Source: Octopus sinensis (taxonomy: Eukaryota). Taken from it: a DNA stretch of 64,000 bases. The stretch spans positions 31,434,001 through 31,498,000 of the forward strand of contig NC_042998.1 of assembly GCF_006345805.1 (NCBI RefSeq), in the 5' to 3' direction. Positions 51,135 to 63,250 of this stretch are shown here, in pieces; positions within the stretch are counted from its first letter, which is position 1; the number at the start of each line of letters is the position of its first letter. The position numbers were made by a program, and so were the translations under genes. The notes under the pieces are model-generated. The model had not been told where the DNA came from, made no database searches, and worked only from the letters and a program-made list of their open reading frames with translations.

Positions 51135-51680
51135 AATAATGCAGATGATGGTGGTAATAATGGTGATAATGATGATGATAATGGTGATGATAATGATGAT
51201 GATGGTAATAAAGGTGATGATGATGATGATGATGAAGTGCACGCGTACGTTGATTGATTGGATAATGAACAGGCACTACAATTTGTAAAAGTAATATGGG
51301 AACTTAATTTTTATCAATCGAATAAATGAAAGGATGAGATTAAGGCTGCTAATTTCCCGTTCGAGTGCATGGAAGCGAAAAATCTGTACAAGTTTGTTGG
51401 CAAGTTGTGAGTCTGTTTGTCTGCTCTCCAAGAAAGACAAAATGGCGCATTCTACTTCATAGAGTAGAGTAAGTAAAGAATTAATGAAAATAGATTCGAG
51501 TGGAACGAAACGGAAGTAAAATATTGATTTCCCTAAGGAAAGAAATTTGGATTTGAAATATTGATGGATTTTCACAATTAAAATGTAATTTAAAATGTCT
51601 TAAATTGCATACATACATAGATACAAACGTGTGTGTGTGTATGTATGTCTCTCTCTCTCTCTCTCTCTTTATATATATAT

Positions 51681-52480
51681 TTGATTTCGAAACGTACGTC
51701 CGTAGGTGACTTAAAATTGTATGATAGATTGCCGTCATTTCATTCTCTCTTACCTGTCTGTGTTTGCCTTTCAAGTGCTGTGTTTTTACTGAGATCTCCC
51801 TTTTAGTAGAAAGAATAGCTATAACTCTTTGACTGCTATTCCTAAATTCGGTGTGTGGCGAGGCAATTCGTTGCTAAACCCTTAATTGCTTAGTATTACT
51901 TAAATTTTCCTCGAATGAGGCTTTTACATGCCGAAATCTACTTGGTGTAATTAATAATTATTCCAAATTAATTAATTTCACCCTTTATTGTTACTGATAA
52001 CCATATTTTTATCCCAGTAAATGACCACAGCATCTTGTGTTGGCTACACGCGGGTGGAAGGGGGCTGGTGACACAAACTTTCATTCACACTTTGAATTTC
52101 GTGGTACTGGTAATGCTTTGGCTCGCTCTGACACTGAGTTGAGATTTTGCCTTCTAGTATCTCAAAATTTAATATACAATTATTCATAATTGTAGTATCC
52201 TACGCTGATGAGAAAAGAAGTTTGGGTAAGGTAGAATTTTCTAATTCTTATGCTTTCCTAAAACTTGATTTCGAAACGTACGTCCGTAGGTGACTTAAAA
52301 TTGTATGATAGATTGCCGTCATTTCATTCTCTCTTACCTGTCTGTGTTTGCCTTTCAACTGCTGTGTTTTAACTGAGATCTCCCTTTTAGTAGAAAGAAT
52401 AGCTATAACTCTTTGACTGCTATTCCTAAATTCGGTGTGTGGCGAGGCAATTCGTTGCTAAACCCTTAATTGCTTAGTAT
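51681..52480 (+). mobile_element. ORF-less 800-bp element with 216-bp terminal direct repeats and a hammerhead (retrozyme- or PLE pLTR-like)
   Basis: 51681-51896 and 52265-52480 nearly identical at offset 584; (TA)n on both sides. Confidence 0.85.
52199..52290 (+). ncRNA. Type I hammerhead ribozyme, canonical core, long stem II
   Basis: Stem I CCTACG/CGTAGG, CTGATGA, stem II GAAA..AAGTTT../..AAACTT..TTTC, GAAA, stem III AC(GTAC)GT, GUC triplet; predicted cut after 52284. Confidence 0.88.
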
Positions 52481-52486
52481 ATATAT

Positions 52487-52518
<32 letters not shown>

Positions 52519-52674
52519 CAGAGAGAGAGAGAGAGAGAGAGAGAAGTAGTTATATGTATGTATGCATATATATATATATTTATATATATGCACACATACA
52601 TATATTCATATATAAATATATATATATGAATATATACATACACGCTAAACGTACATACATTTAGTATATGTACA

Positions 52675-52756
<82 letters not shown>

Positions 52757-52769
52757 GAATTACAAGTAC

Positions 52770-53480
52770 ATACTTCTTCGGCTGTCCCCAAATTATCTCA
52801 TCTTGTTTGGGAATCCTCTCTGTCAGGTTCTATTGTGAGCTACAAGCCCTTCTCTTGATCTGCAGCAGCGATGACATCTACTGTGGGTGAGTCTACTTGA
52901 CGCAACGATGTGACACCTCTTATGTGCTCCTCTGTATTCTCTCTTGTTTCTCCTCAATGACTGAAATTACGAGCCTCAGCCATTCGTCGCACCGCAGGGC
53001 CTTCTCCTCTTAGATGTCTGGGGAGAAACTGGTCTTCTTCGTACGTCTCGTCAGCACATCCCTGTATCGTATCGCAAACTCTCTGGCCGCTTGACCCAAT
53101 GCAGTTCAGCATAGAAAACTGCTTCCATCCTGAAAGCAGTGTAGGGGTTAGCACGCACTTCATACTATGGCCGACTACAAAACGCTTCACTAAATTTTCC
53201 GCCAACTGAGATAAGTCCTTCTATTCCTGCCCGGAACTGCTTGATGCTCTTATAAAGCTTCTTTGGACATGTAAGTCTCTAGCAATTTCCATAGTCTTTC
53301 TCACCGTGTCGAACGCCTTGGAAAAGTTCAGAAAACACCACGAATAGGGAGTATTGTTGCTCCGCGCTTTCTCCTGTAGCTGACATAGTGTGAAGACCAT
53401 GTCTGTGGTTGATGTCCCTGGCCTGAAGCCACATGGACTCTCTGGTAACAGTTCAAGCAACATGAAATACGTAAACAACG
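52770..53480 (-). mobile_element. RTE-clade LINE RT relic
   Basis: LPESPCGFRPGTSTTDMVFTLCQLQEKAR..FLNFSKAFDTV and CVLTPTL; frameshifted. Confidence 0.85.
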
Positions 53481-54598
53481 AGAAAAAATGGGTATCAGGA
53501 CAAGTAAACATAGAGAAAGAACCCTTCACCAGCTGGTGGCTCTCTAACTACTCCTCGTTGCGAGCATTCAACAACAGTATGCGTCTTCAAAGATAGTTGT
53601 TCCCATAAATTCTAAAATTTAGGATTTATGGAGGATCAAAGTTAGAAACAAAAATATGACTGTGGAGACAGGCAAAGAAACCGAACAAAACAATCATGGA
53701 AGGTCGTTAGACCAGAATGAGAAGAAAATAGTGAACGCTGGGAGAAATATTTTTTTTTGAAAAGAGAAAAGACAGAAGAGGGAGAGAAAAAACGTCCGCA
53801 TTTTTGAACGTCCGTGCAGGAAAAGATGGTCATGTGAGGAAATGATGGACGATGGTCACGTGTGTGCAACGAGAGAGAGAGAGAGAGAGGGGGAGAGAGA
53901 GAGAAAGAGGGAGAGAGAGAGAGAAAGAAAGAGAAAGAGAGAAAGAGAAAGATGGTATGGAGAGACAGATAGAAAACGGTGAAGGGAATATGTGTGTTGT
54001 GTGTATGTGTGTATGTGTGTTGTGTGCGTGTGTGTGCGTTTTGTGTGTTTTGTGTGTGTGTGTTGTGTGTGCGTGTGTGTGTATGTGTGTGTGTGTGTGT
54101 GTAAAGACTGAATAGAAACGGGTTAAGGTACATTACATCTGTCCCAGACGTGTTTGCTTTTCAATGAATAAACTGACCATATGATGAAAAATACCCGCTT
54201 TCTTCTGCTGAATTATGAATTTAGAATTTAGTTCGGAAAATATACCAGTGGTATATGTATTGACCCGTTGACCTTCTCTTTTGGCAAGAAATATGAGAGT
54301 ATTCGTTCCGAAAATGAGGAGATCAACAGAAAAACAGCTTCGGTATATTTTAGAACTAAATTTTAAATTTTAAACTTTTAAATTCATCTAAAGGAAACGG
54401 ATTTAATGATGTAATCGTTTTATTCAATAAAAAACATCTGAAACACCTATAGTGAGGCTTAACCCGTTTGTGGTTTTACTTTATGCAAATACCTAACCTG
54501 GAATCTCACTCACATCGGATCTGGAAGCACAAGGGATCCTGACACTGCACACCGACGTGCAGTGGTATATGATTTTATGTACATATATATCTATATAT

Positions 54599-54910
54599 GG
54601 CACTCCGTCGGCTACGATGATGAGGGTTCTAGTTGATCCGATGAATGGAAAAGACTGCTCGTGAAATTAATGTGCAAGTGGCTGAACACTCCACAGACAC
54701 ACGTACCCTTAATGTAGTTCTCAGGGAGATTCAGCGTGACAAAGCCGGCTTTTGAATTACAGGTACAAATCAAATTATTTTCACCTGGTGAGTGGACTGG
54801 AGCAACGTGAAATAAAGTTCTTGTTCAAGGACACAACGCGCCGATGGAAATTGAACTCGCGACCTTGAGATCGTGAGCCGATTATACTAACCTTTAAGCC
54901 ACGCGCCCCC
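54599..54910 (-). mobile_element. SINE family C relative
   Basis: GCACTCCGTCGGCTACG tail, CTCGTGAAATTAATGTGCAAGTGGCTG body, tRNA-like head. Confidence 0.82.
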
Positions 54911-55502
54911 ACCTTAATGTTTATATGTGTATATTGATGTGTTCATGTACATGCATATGTGTTTGGAAATGTCCGTATTCACATGGACTTATGCGAGAGT
55001 TCTGTAAATGGTGTATGCACGGATATACTGACCCCGGCCCTAACTTTGTGCCCTTATTATTAAAATGCCTTGATTCAGATTATTCTACAAATAATTTTAT
55101 ACACACACGCACACGCACGCACACATAAACAGACCCACAGACAGACACACTCACACACACACACCACACCACACATAACATATATTCATGTAGATATAAG
55201 CATATATGGGTAAATATACATAAATATAAATTTAAATATATATATACATATATATGTATGTATATGTATATATATAAGCACAAACATATATAGGGATATA
55301 TGCATATATACATACGTACATACATACACACACACATGCACGCACACACATATACACACACATATACATACACATACCACTGAATAGGCTGGCACTCAAC
55401 GCTCCCCCTGATCGGAATGCTTGTCTGTCATAGCCCGACCCATTCACAGCTGAGCGGTGCAACGTGAAATGAACTGCGATGCTACCACTAAGCTACGCGC
55501 CT

Positions 55503-55535
<33 letters not shown>

Positions 55536-56082
55536 TACAAACACACACACACACACATACAAATACACACACACACGCAATGTATATACACACGTTTATT
55601 AATAAATAGACATGCATACGCAAACACATATATTACATATGTATGCGTACGTACGTACGTACCTACCTACCTACATACATACATACATACATACATACGT
55701 ACACATACATACGTACATACGTACACATACATATATACATACAAACATGTATACGTTGTCCAACTAAAAATAAATGCTGAGTAATAACGATAAGAATAAA
55801 CAAAAATGTAAAGTAGCAGATATACGTGAGTAAGTTATTGCGCCATATTTTAGAAGCAGTGACTCTCCGTGACATGAAATATATACGATATTACGCATTG
55901 CTTTTGTTGTAAGTATATTCACTGAATACAATAGCAGTATATAAGATATTGAAGCTGAAACTCTTTGAGATATTTTACTGATTTGAGGCAATGCAGCATC
56001 GGCAGTGCCAGAAATCGGAACAAAGGATAAATCTTAAAGACTGGAAATTTTTATCTGGCTCTTCAATGAGTTCCACCATCGT

Positions 56083-56147
<65 letters not shown>

Positions 56148-56149
<2 letters not shown>

Positions 56150-56703
56150 GCCCTCATGCAGTACCAGGCAGTGGCTCTCATGGCTTATTGTCTTAACTGA
56201 TTGGAAGTGTTGTCATGTACATTGTTTTGTCTTGGTATACAATATGGGCTACCGCAAATATTCTGCTCAATACCACAGATTTGCTTGTCAGTTGTTTGAC
56301 CTTAACCAGTTGAGCATGTCCCTTAGTGGTTGACAATATGTGCATCTCTGATCACAAGCAGAAGTAGTGGGGGAGCATCATAGCCATGTGTCGAGAGGGA
56401 TTCTTTGGGGTTTGGATAATTCATCTCTGGAAACATGGGTGCTTCGTTCAACATCCTTAAACAACCCTTATTCAGGGACCTTTTGAGCGGGATGGGTTAC
56501 TCGACCAGAAGAAAATTCTAACTGGGCCCCATCTGCAAGGTCATGTGCTGTTCATCTTCATATGAGATCACCATGTCGCGCACATATGGTTGTGATGCCT
56601 ATGCCTGGTGTACCCTTATCAGACGGGTAGTCATGATGGGTATACTGGGCTTCGTATATTTGACCCCTGTGTCACTTTGATGGCATGCACTGCTCTCTAA
56701 GTC
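56148..56703 (+). mobile_element. ORF-less 556-bp (AAT)n-embedded element, copy 2
   Basis: ATGCCCTCATGCAGTACCAGGC...GCACTGCTCTCT..TC; AAT arrays on both sides. Confidence 0.92.
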
Positions 56704-56809
56704 AATAATAATAATAATAATAATAATGATAATAATAATAATAATAATGATAATAATAATAATAATAATAATGATAATAATAATAATAATAATAATGATA
56801 ATAATAATA

Positions 56810-57041
56810 GTTTCAAATTTTGCCACAGGGGTGGCAGTTTTGGCGGAGGGAATGAGTTGATTACATCGACCCAGTGTTCAACTGGTACTTATTCTGTCGA
56901 CCCCGAAAGGATGTAAAGTAAAGAAGACTTCGGCGGAATTTGAACTCAGAACGTAGCGACGGGCGAAATACCGCTAAGCATTCCGTTCAGCGTGCTAACG
57001 ATTCTGCCAGCTCGTCGCCTTTCCTTCCAGCTCGCTGCCTT
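56810..57041 (-). mobile_element. SINE family A inside the AAT array, duplicated head end
   Basis: CCAGCTCGTCGCCTT followed by CCAGCTCGCTGCCTT. Confidence 0.85.
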
Positions 57042-57042
57042 A

Positions 57043-57106
<64 letters not shown>

Positions 57107-57113
57107 TAATAAT

Positions 57114-58378
57114 AACTGGACACGAAATGAACTGTCCAAAATAGATAGGAAAACAAGAAAAATACTGACAGGATCTAGGATGCATCACCCAGAATCTGAC
57201 ATAGAAAGACTATATATACAACGTATAGAAGGTGGTAGAGGCCTTATACAGCTGGAAAACTACTATAAAATAACCACCATAGGACTGCAAAAATACCTAC
57301 TCCAGAAGGAAGGAAAACTGATCCAGATAGCAGCAAAACACGAGCAACACAAAAAACTGTTCTCAGTATTTAAGGAAGCTGACAAATACAAAGAAGAAAT
57401 CATACCACCTAATAAACACGAAGAAGAAGAAGAAGATGAAGAAACAACAAAAGCTATAAAACAAATGAAATCCAAACTAAAAATAGAACAGCAACGAACC
57501 ATGATAAAACGATGGCAAGAAAAGCCCCTTCATGGTAAATACTGCACTAAACTAAAAGCAAAAAAAATAGACAAAGAAAAATCCCAGCAATGGTTGAGAA
57601 GCTCAGGACTCAAAGCAGAAACAGAGGGATTTTTAATTGCAGCACAAGACCAAAGCCTCCCCACCAGAAATTACCAAAAACATGTAATGAAAAGAAATAT
57701 TACAAGTAACTGCAGAATATGTGGAGATGGACAAGAAACAATAAAACATATTATCTCTAGCTGCCCAGTCCTGGCTAAGAAGGAATATATTCACAGACAT
57801 GACAGAGTTGGAACCTACATACATTGGAAGCTATGCCAACATTATGGAATAACAACAGAAAAAAGATGGTATAGGCACACACCAGAAAAGGTCACAGAAA
57901 ACGAGAAAGCAACCATACTCTGGGATATGCCGATACACACAGATAGAGAAATTAAGGCCAACAGACCAGATATAGTTGTCAGAGATCATGAAGAAAAAAG
58001 ATGCTTTCTAATTGATGTATCAATACCGGCAGATGACAACGTGTCTCTAAAAGAAATGGAGAAACTCTCAAAATACGAAGACCTAGAAATAGAGGTAACT
58101 AGAATGTGGAATCTGAAAACAGAAACAATTCCTATCATAGTAGTTGCATTAGGCATGATAAAAAAATATTCAGACAAATACATAACAAAAACACCAGGAC
58201 TTACAAACACATATAACATACAGAAATTGCACTACTAGGCACGGCACACATCCTACGCAGAACACTTTCCATACAATAACCATCAGAGCATCCCAACAAA
58301 TCACAGCACATACCCAAGGCACACAGAGCTGCGCTCGGTAGTGAAGTGAAAGCACGCTATAAAACTAAAACTACTGAA
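57114..58378 (+). mobile_element. R4/Dong-like RLE LINE, 5'-truncated, young
   Basis: (AAT)n on both sides; 3' UTR ends AAAACTACTG-AAT; one long open frame. Confidence 0.93.
57180..58238 (+). CDS. R4/Dong-clade ORF C-terminus: post-RT region, CCHC zinc knuckle, restriction-like endonuclease
   Basis: IERLY..GGRGL, AAQDQSL, CRICG..HIISSC, RHD, RPDIV..LIDVS..KLSKY; a 1-nt loss near 58225 shifts the natural end IALLGTAHILRRTLSIQ* (stop 58277-58279). Confidence 0.92.
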   Translation: MHHPESDIERLYIQRIEGGRGLIQLENYYKITTIGLQKYLLQKEGKLIQIAAKHEQHKKLFSVFKEADKYKEEIIPPNKHEEEEEDEETTKAIKQMKSKLKIEQQRTMIKRWQEKPLHGKYCTKLKAKKIDKEKSQQWLRSSGLKAETEGFLIAAQDQSLPTRNYQKHVMKRNITSNCRICGDGQETIKHIISSCPVLAKKEYIHRHDRVGTYIHWKLCQHYGITTEKRWYRHTPEKVTENEKATILWDMPIHTDREIKANRPDIVVRDHEEKRCFLIDVSIPADDNVSLKEMEKLSKYEDLEIEVTRMWNLKTETIPIIVVALGMIKKYSDKYITKTPGLTNTYNIQKLHY

Positions 58379-59559
58379 TGATAATAATAATAAAAATAAT
58401 ATCGACGACGTAAATTTCTGTTTTAGGAACAAAAGATATTTGTATTGAGCAATGATGCAAACAACATATTAAACGTTAAAAGGAGGATTTACGACGTACT
58501 GGGTCGCACATTCAGCTTATATAAAATGAATGGACGAGTGAAAGATATTATTAAATATATAAGGAAACGTATTTAAAAATTAATGGAAAAATATAACTAA
58601 ATTACACGGAGTAAATAAAATTGTATAATAAAACACAAAAGCTAAAAGAAAGTATTTTAATTTAGATTTTATAATTTCAAAAACGTTCCTTTGTGCTAAT
58701 TAGATTACACGACCACCTAGTCTATGTATTTCTGTCTCACTCTGCAGTGTCTGCTTTAACGCTGGTGATTCCACAATCCTTCGTGAAGAGCTCCTTGATA
58801 TTTTGTTATAGGTTACAAAGAGCGCATACAATGAACATTGAAAAATATGATTAATAAAACACCCAACAGGCCATAATCAGAAGTTTTTCGTATCCATAAC
58901 CGTCGATGTTTTAACTAAATCGTTTAGTGATATAACCTTGATAATATGTATAGTATTTTTACAGACAAAATAAAAAGAAAAAAAGGTTTGATTACGGCTG
59001 TACTAAAGATGAATGAGAGCCAAAAAGATCAAATATAATTTTGCTCGATTGAAGCATCTTATTTTCGATGAAGGAATAGTAAACAAAAAATTAATTTAAT
59101 TTAAATACTAAATATTTATTGTTGAACATAATTTAATTATGTGAGTGTTGAAATTTTTCCGTGTGCCAATTGCCAATCTACAATTTATATATAATGGATG
59201 AAGCAACTTTAAATTAAAGAGAGGAAATGTTGAATGATTGATAGGAATTTGTACGAAAACCAAATTCTTAACAGTAAATTTAATGCCAATCGACGAGTCT
59301 GTCACAGAAGTAGCAGATTCTTGAATTAATTGTATTAGTATTACGTTTCATCTGTTTGAAATCTATGTCCAATTGCAACCGAAGCCGAGTTCGCCTTTCA
59401 TTATTCCGCTCAAGTGAGTAAATGAGACCAATTCAAAGCTTCTATGTTCTTTAGAGTGAACATTTCTCAACTGACTAGAAGAGTCTGACATGCCAAATAT
59501 CTATTTTAATGTAAAAGAAATGGAAACCATTTTACGAACAAAACGGATGCAGTATGGTG

Positions 59560-59628
<69 letters not shown>

Positions 59629-59633
59629 AATAA

Positions 59634-60189
59634 ATGCCCTGATGCAGTACCAGGCAGTGGCTCTCATGGCTTCTGATCTTAACTGATTGGAAGTGTCATC
59701 ATGTACATTGTTTTGTCTTGGTATAAAAGATGGGCTACAGCAAATATTCTGCTCAATACCACAGATTTGCTTGTCAGTTGTTTGACCTTAACCAGTTGAG
59801 CATGTCCCTTAGTGGCTGGCGATATGTGCATCTTTGATCACGAGCAGAGGTAGTGGGGGAGCATCATAGCCATGTGTCGAGAGGGATTATTTGGAGTTTG
59901 AATAATTCACCTCTGGAAACATAGGTGTTTCGTTCAACATCCTAAAGCAACCCTTATTCAGGGACCTTTTGAGCAGGATGGGCTACTCGACCTGAAGAAA
60001 ATTCTAACTGGGCCCCACCTGCAAGGTCATGTGCTGTTTATCTTGATATGAGATCACCATGTCGCGCACATATGGTTGTGATGCATGTGCCTGGTGTACC
60101 CTTATCAGACGGGTAGTCATGATGGGTATGCTGGGCTTCGTATATTTTACCCCAGTGTCACTTTGATGGCATGCACTGCTCTCTCACTC
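59634..60189 (+). mobile_element. ORF-less 556-bp (AAT)n-embedded element, copy 3
   Basis: ATGCCCTGATGCAGTACC...CTCTCTCACTC. Confidence 0.93.
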
Positions 60190-60203
60190 AATAATAATAA
60201 TAG

Positions 60204-60759
60204 ATGCCCTGATGCAGTACCATGCAGTGGCTCTCATGGCTTCTGATCTTAACTGATTGGAAGTGCTATCATGTACATTGTTTTGTCTTGGTATAAAAGA
60301 TGGGCTACAGCAAATATTCTGCTCAATACCACAGATTTGCTTGTCAGTTGTTTGACCTTAACCAGTTGAGCATGTCCCTTAGTGGCTGACGATATGTGCA
60401 TCTTTGATCACGAACAGAAGTAGTGGGGGAGCATCATAGCCATGTGTCGAGAGGGATTATTTGGGGTTTAAATAATTCACCTCTGGAAACATGGGTGTTT
60501 CATTTAACATACTTAAATAACCCTTATTCAAGGACCTTTTGAGTTGGATGAGTTACTCAACCAGAAGAAAATTCTAACTGGGCCCCACCTGCAAGGTCAT
60601 GTGCTGTTTATCTTCATATGAGATCACCATATCGCGCACATATGGTTGTGATGCATGTGCCTGGTGTACCCTTATCAGACGGGTAGTCATAATGGGTATA
60701 CTGGGCTTCGTATATTTGACCCCTGTGTCACTTTGATGGCATGTACTGCTCTCTCACTC
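60204..60759 (+). mobile_element. ORF-less 556-bp element, copy 4, head-to-tail with copy 3
   Basis: Spacer AATAATAATAATAG (60190-60203); period 570. Confidence 0.93.
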
Positions 60760-61029
60760 AATAATAATAATAATAATAATAATACTTAATGCTCTTTTAA
60801 ACATACTAAACTCAGAATTGCTCTTTCGAACTTCTAATATTGTTATTGAGGAAAAAAAATTCAAGTCGAACTTGAGATATATTCTAACTTTTAATATATT
60901 CGAAACGCGTCAAATTTTTACGTTAACGTAATTATTTGGGGAGTCAAAAATTATCCGTCCTTTCGCCAAAACAGGTTGACTGCACTGCCTCCAGCGTTCG
61001 CATGGAGAGAGGTGGTATGTTTGTGCTTA

Positions 61030-62085
61030 CACAACCGAAATTTGAATTTCATCGCTCCAGTTTTTTTTTCTAATGTTACAGAATAAGCATGGCCGTTCCG
61101 CAGGCAGTGTACGCTAAGGAAGAAAGAGATCAGTAATCTAATTTTTCTGGTCTGAATGTGTATCAGGGACTGAAATTTAGCGTAGGCTGTCAGTATAATA
61201 CACGAACAGTGCTCTACTATGCAGAGGTATATATGAGTGTATGGGAAAGTTTGAGAATGGTCGGACGAGTATGAGTCACGAAGAAAGAGCAGGTCCCGCG
61301 TCAATATATACCACTGATTCAACAAGATTCAACAAATTCGAAAGATGGTTTTGGCGAGCCGACGAATGACCACCGATAAGGTGACATGTTCTCTGCAATT
61401 TAAATTTGGTTCTGCATACAAGATCATCCACGAAAAGGTCTGTGCGAGAGGGATGCCAAAACAGCTTACCGAAGCGCATAAGCGCAATTGCGTGGTCTGT
61501 TAATGTTTACTCGAGCGCTACAACGATAAAGGCGAAGATTTTTTAGAGAGAGTAGTTTTCAAGGAATGAGACCTGGATCCATCCCTTTGAGCCTGAATCC
61601 AAAAGGGGTGGAAACCCCTGGAGTCGCCAGCGAAAAAGAAATTCACGTCTCACTTTTCTACAGAGCAAGTGATGATGGTCATTTTTTGAGACGAAACATG
61701 GGTTATACTGGAACAATACAGAAATAAACGGGTCTACAGTTACAGTGTAGGCTACATTTAAGTGCTGGCCATCAAAAATAAAACCAGAAATTTGTACCAA
61801 ACACCGGGGTCTATTGTCAAATTCAGTGTTATTGCTGTACGACAAAGAATGCACAAATACATCTGTCCACACCATTGAAAAACTTCGAGTTGCTGGAACA
61901 TCCTGCATACAGTCAAAGATCTCGCCCCTTCCGACCATCATCTTTTTGGACCGATCAAACATCCTTTACGAGGTTGTCGTTTCGCTACGGACGAAAAAGC
62001 GCAGAATGCTGAGCGACCAGCCAAAAGACTTTTTCTCCGATGGCATAAGCAAGCTTTTGGACCTCTAGAAGAAATACATTGAAAC
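61030..62085 (+). pseudogene. Degenerate mariner transposase (second family)
   Basis: KVCARGMPKQLT (WVPxxL-like), PAYSQDLAPSDHHLFGPIK, FFSDGISKL; many stops and frameshifts; TIRs not found. Confidence 0.82.
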
Positions 62086-62139
62086 CGGGAAAACCGGTCC
62101 TCATGAGCCTGGCATGGCTCGGGAAGAAAAGATTCTCTC

Positions 62140-62285
62140 TAACAACTATAGGCACTAGGCCTGAAATTTGGTAGTAAGGAATAAATCAATTATATCAGCC
62201 CCAGTGTTTCCCTGGAACTTACTTTATCGTCTCCGAAAGGATGAAAAGCTAAGTGAACCTCGGCAGAATTTGAACTCAGAACGTA
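62140..62285 (-). mobile_element. SINE family A, partial
   Basis: GGATGAAAAGCTAAGTGAACCTCGGCAGAATTTGAACTCAGAACGTAGC. Confidence 0.75.
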
Positions 62286-63250
62286 GCATTGTACTCATAA
62301 GAGTGACAACATAATATACAGCTTAAAGAATATATTATAAATTTATAAGATTACAAAAATGCAGAATTACAGCTCTTCATAGCAGTGAATGCAGACAACA
62401 TTGGAATGTTCTTGGCAAACATGTTAAAGGAGTTGTTCAACCCATGCTTTTGTTTTAAAAATTACAGGAAAAAGAGTGCGTATGATCTTTGACTTGCCCT
62501 CGTTTATGCCCAGAAAATCTTTCACCCGTATTCTGCTTCCTTCTGTTTTCTCAAATTCTGTCTCATAGTGATTTACAGCTTTCGTGCCTTTATTTGATTG
62601 ACAAAGTATCACTAGGTTTTAATTTTTATTTCTATTTCTTTTAACCGAGCACTTTTACGATAATCTGATGTATTCATTCAGCTGTGAAGATGTATAGTTC
62701 TGCATTTGTACGACGAGTAATCATGTTGTTGGAGAAAAACGAACAAGTAGTCACTTAATGTCGGCGAGGAAGAGTGGAGAGGAAAAACCGTCTGGTTATT
62801 ACTTTCAACTTTAACGTCACTTGAATGTGGTTGAATATTATTTTTGAGAATGTTTTTTCCTGTTGTTAAGCGTTTATGTATGTATTATTCTTCAACTTGT
62901 CCATGCGGTCAACACAACACATATGGTAGTCAAATTAGAATTTTAGAAAACAAAATAGAGAAAAAATAATTGATGCCATACTTACCTTCGTTCCAGGTGA
63001 CGTTTTGATTCAGCTACTTCAGGTGTTTTTACTATTTTTTTTTGACATATTGTTGATCGAATTCTTGTTCACTACAAACTTCCGTGATTTTTATGATTAA
63101 AGAAATAATAACAGCACTTTTCTCGAGATTATTTCACTTTCACACGATACACTTTCCTACATTGCATTACAGACTTTCTCGTAAATATTGGTTTACTTAT
63201 TCTTCTCACTTTTCTTACAGACTTTTGCATTAAAGCTAATAAAAATGGAA

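Noticed and set aside
54543-54564. 8-bp perfect hairpin CACTGCAC/GTGCAGTG as a Helitron 3' end
   Set aside because: No CTRR terminus follows and no 5' end was identified.
60130-60170. Twister- or HDV-like ribozyme near the end of the 556-bp element (minus strand GGGGTAAAATATACGAAGCCCAG)
   Set aside because: Local stems exist, but I could not fit the pseudoknots or catalytic residues; left to a covariance-model search.
60874-60917. Stem plus GAAACGCGTC (typical PLE hammerhead 3' half)
   Set aside because: The CUGANGA core upstream is absent; only a possible decayed relic.
62978-63048. Minus-strand consensus donor AAG|GTAAGTAT with an upstream ATG
   Set aside because: The ATG frame stops after 9 codons, and one such donor is expected by chance in 64 kb.
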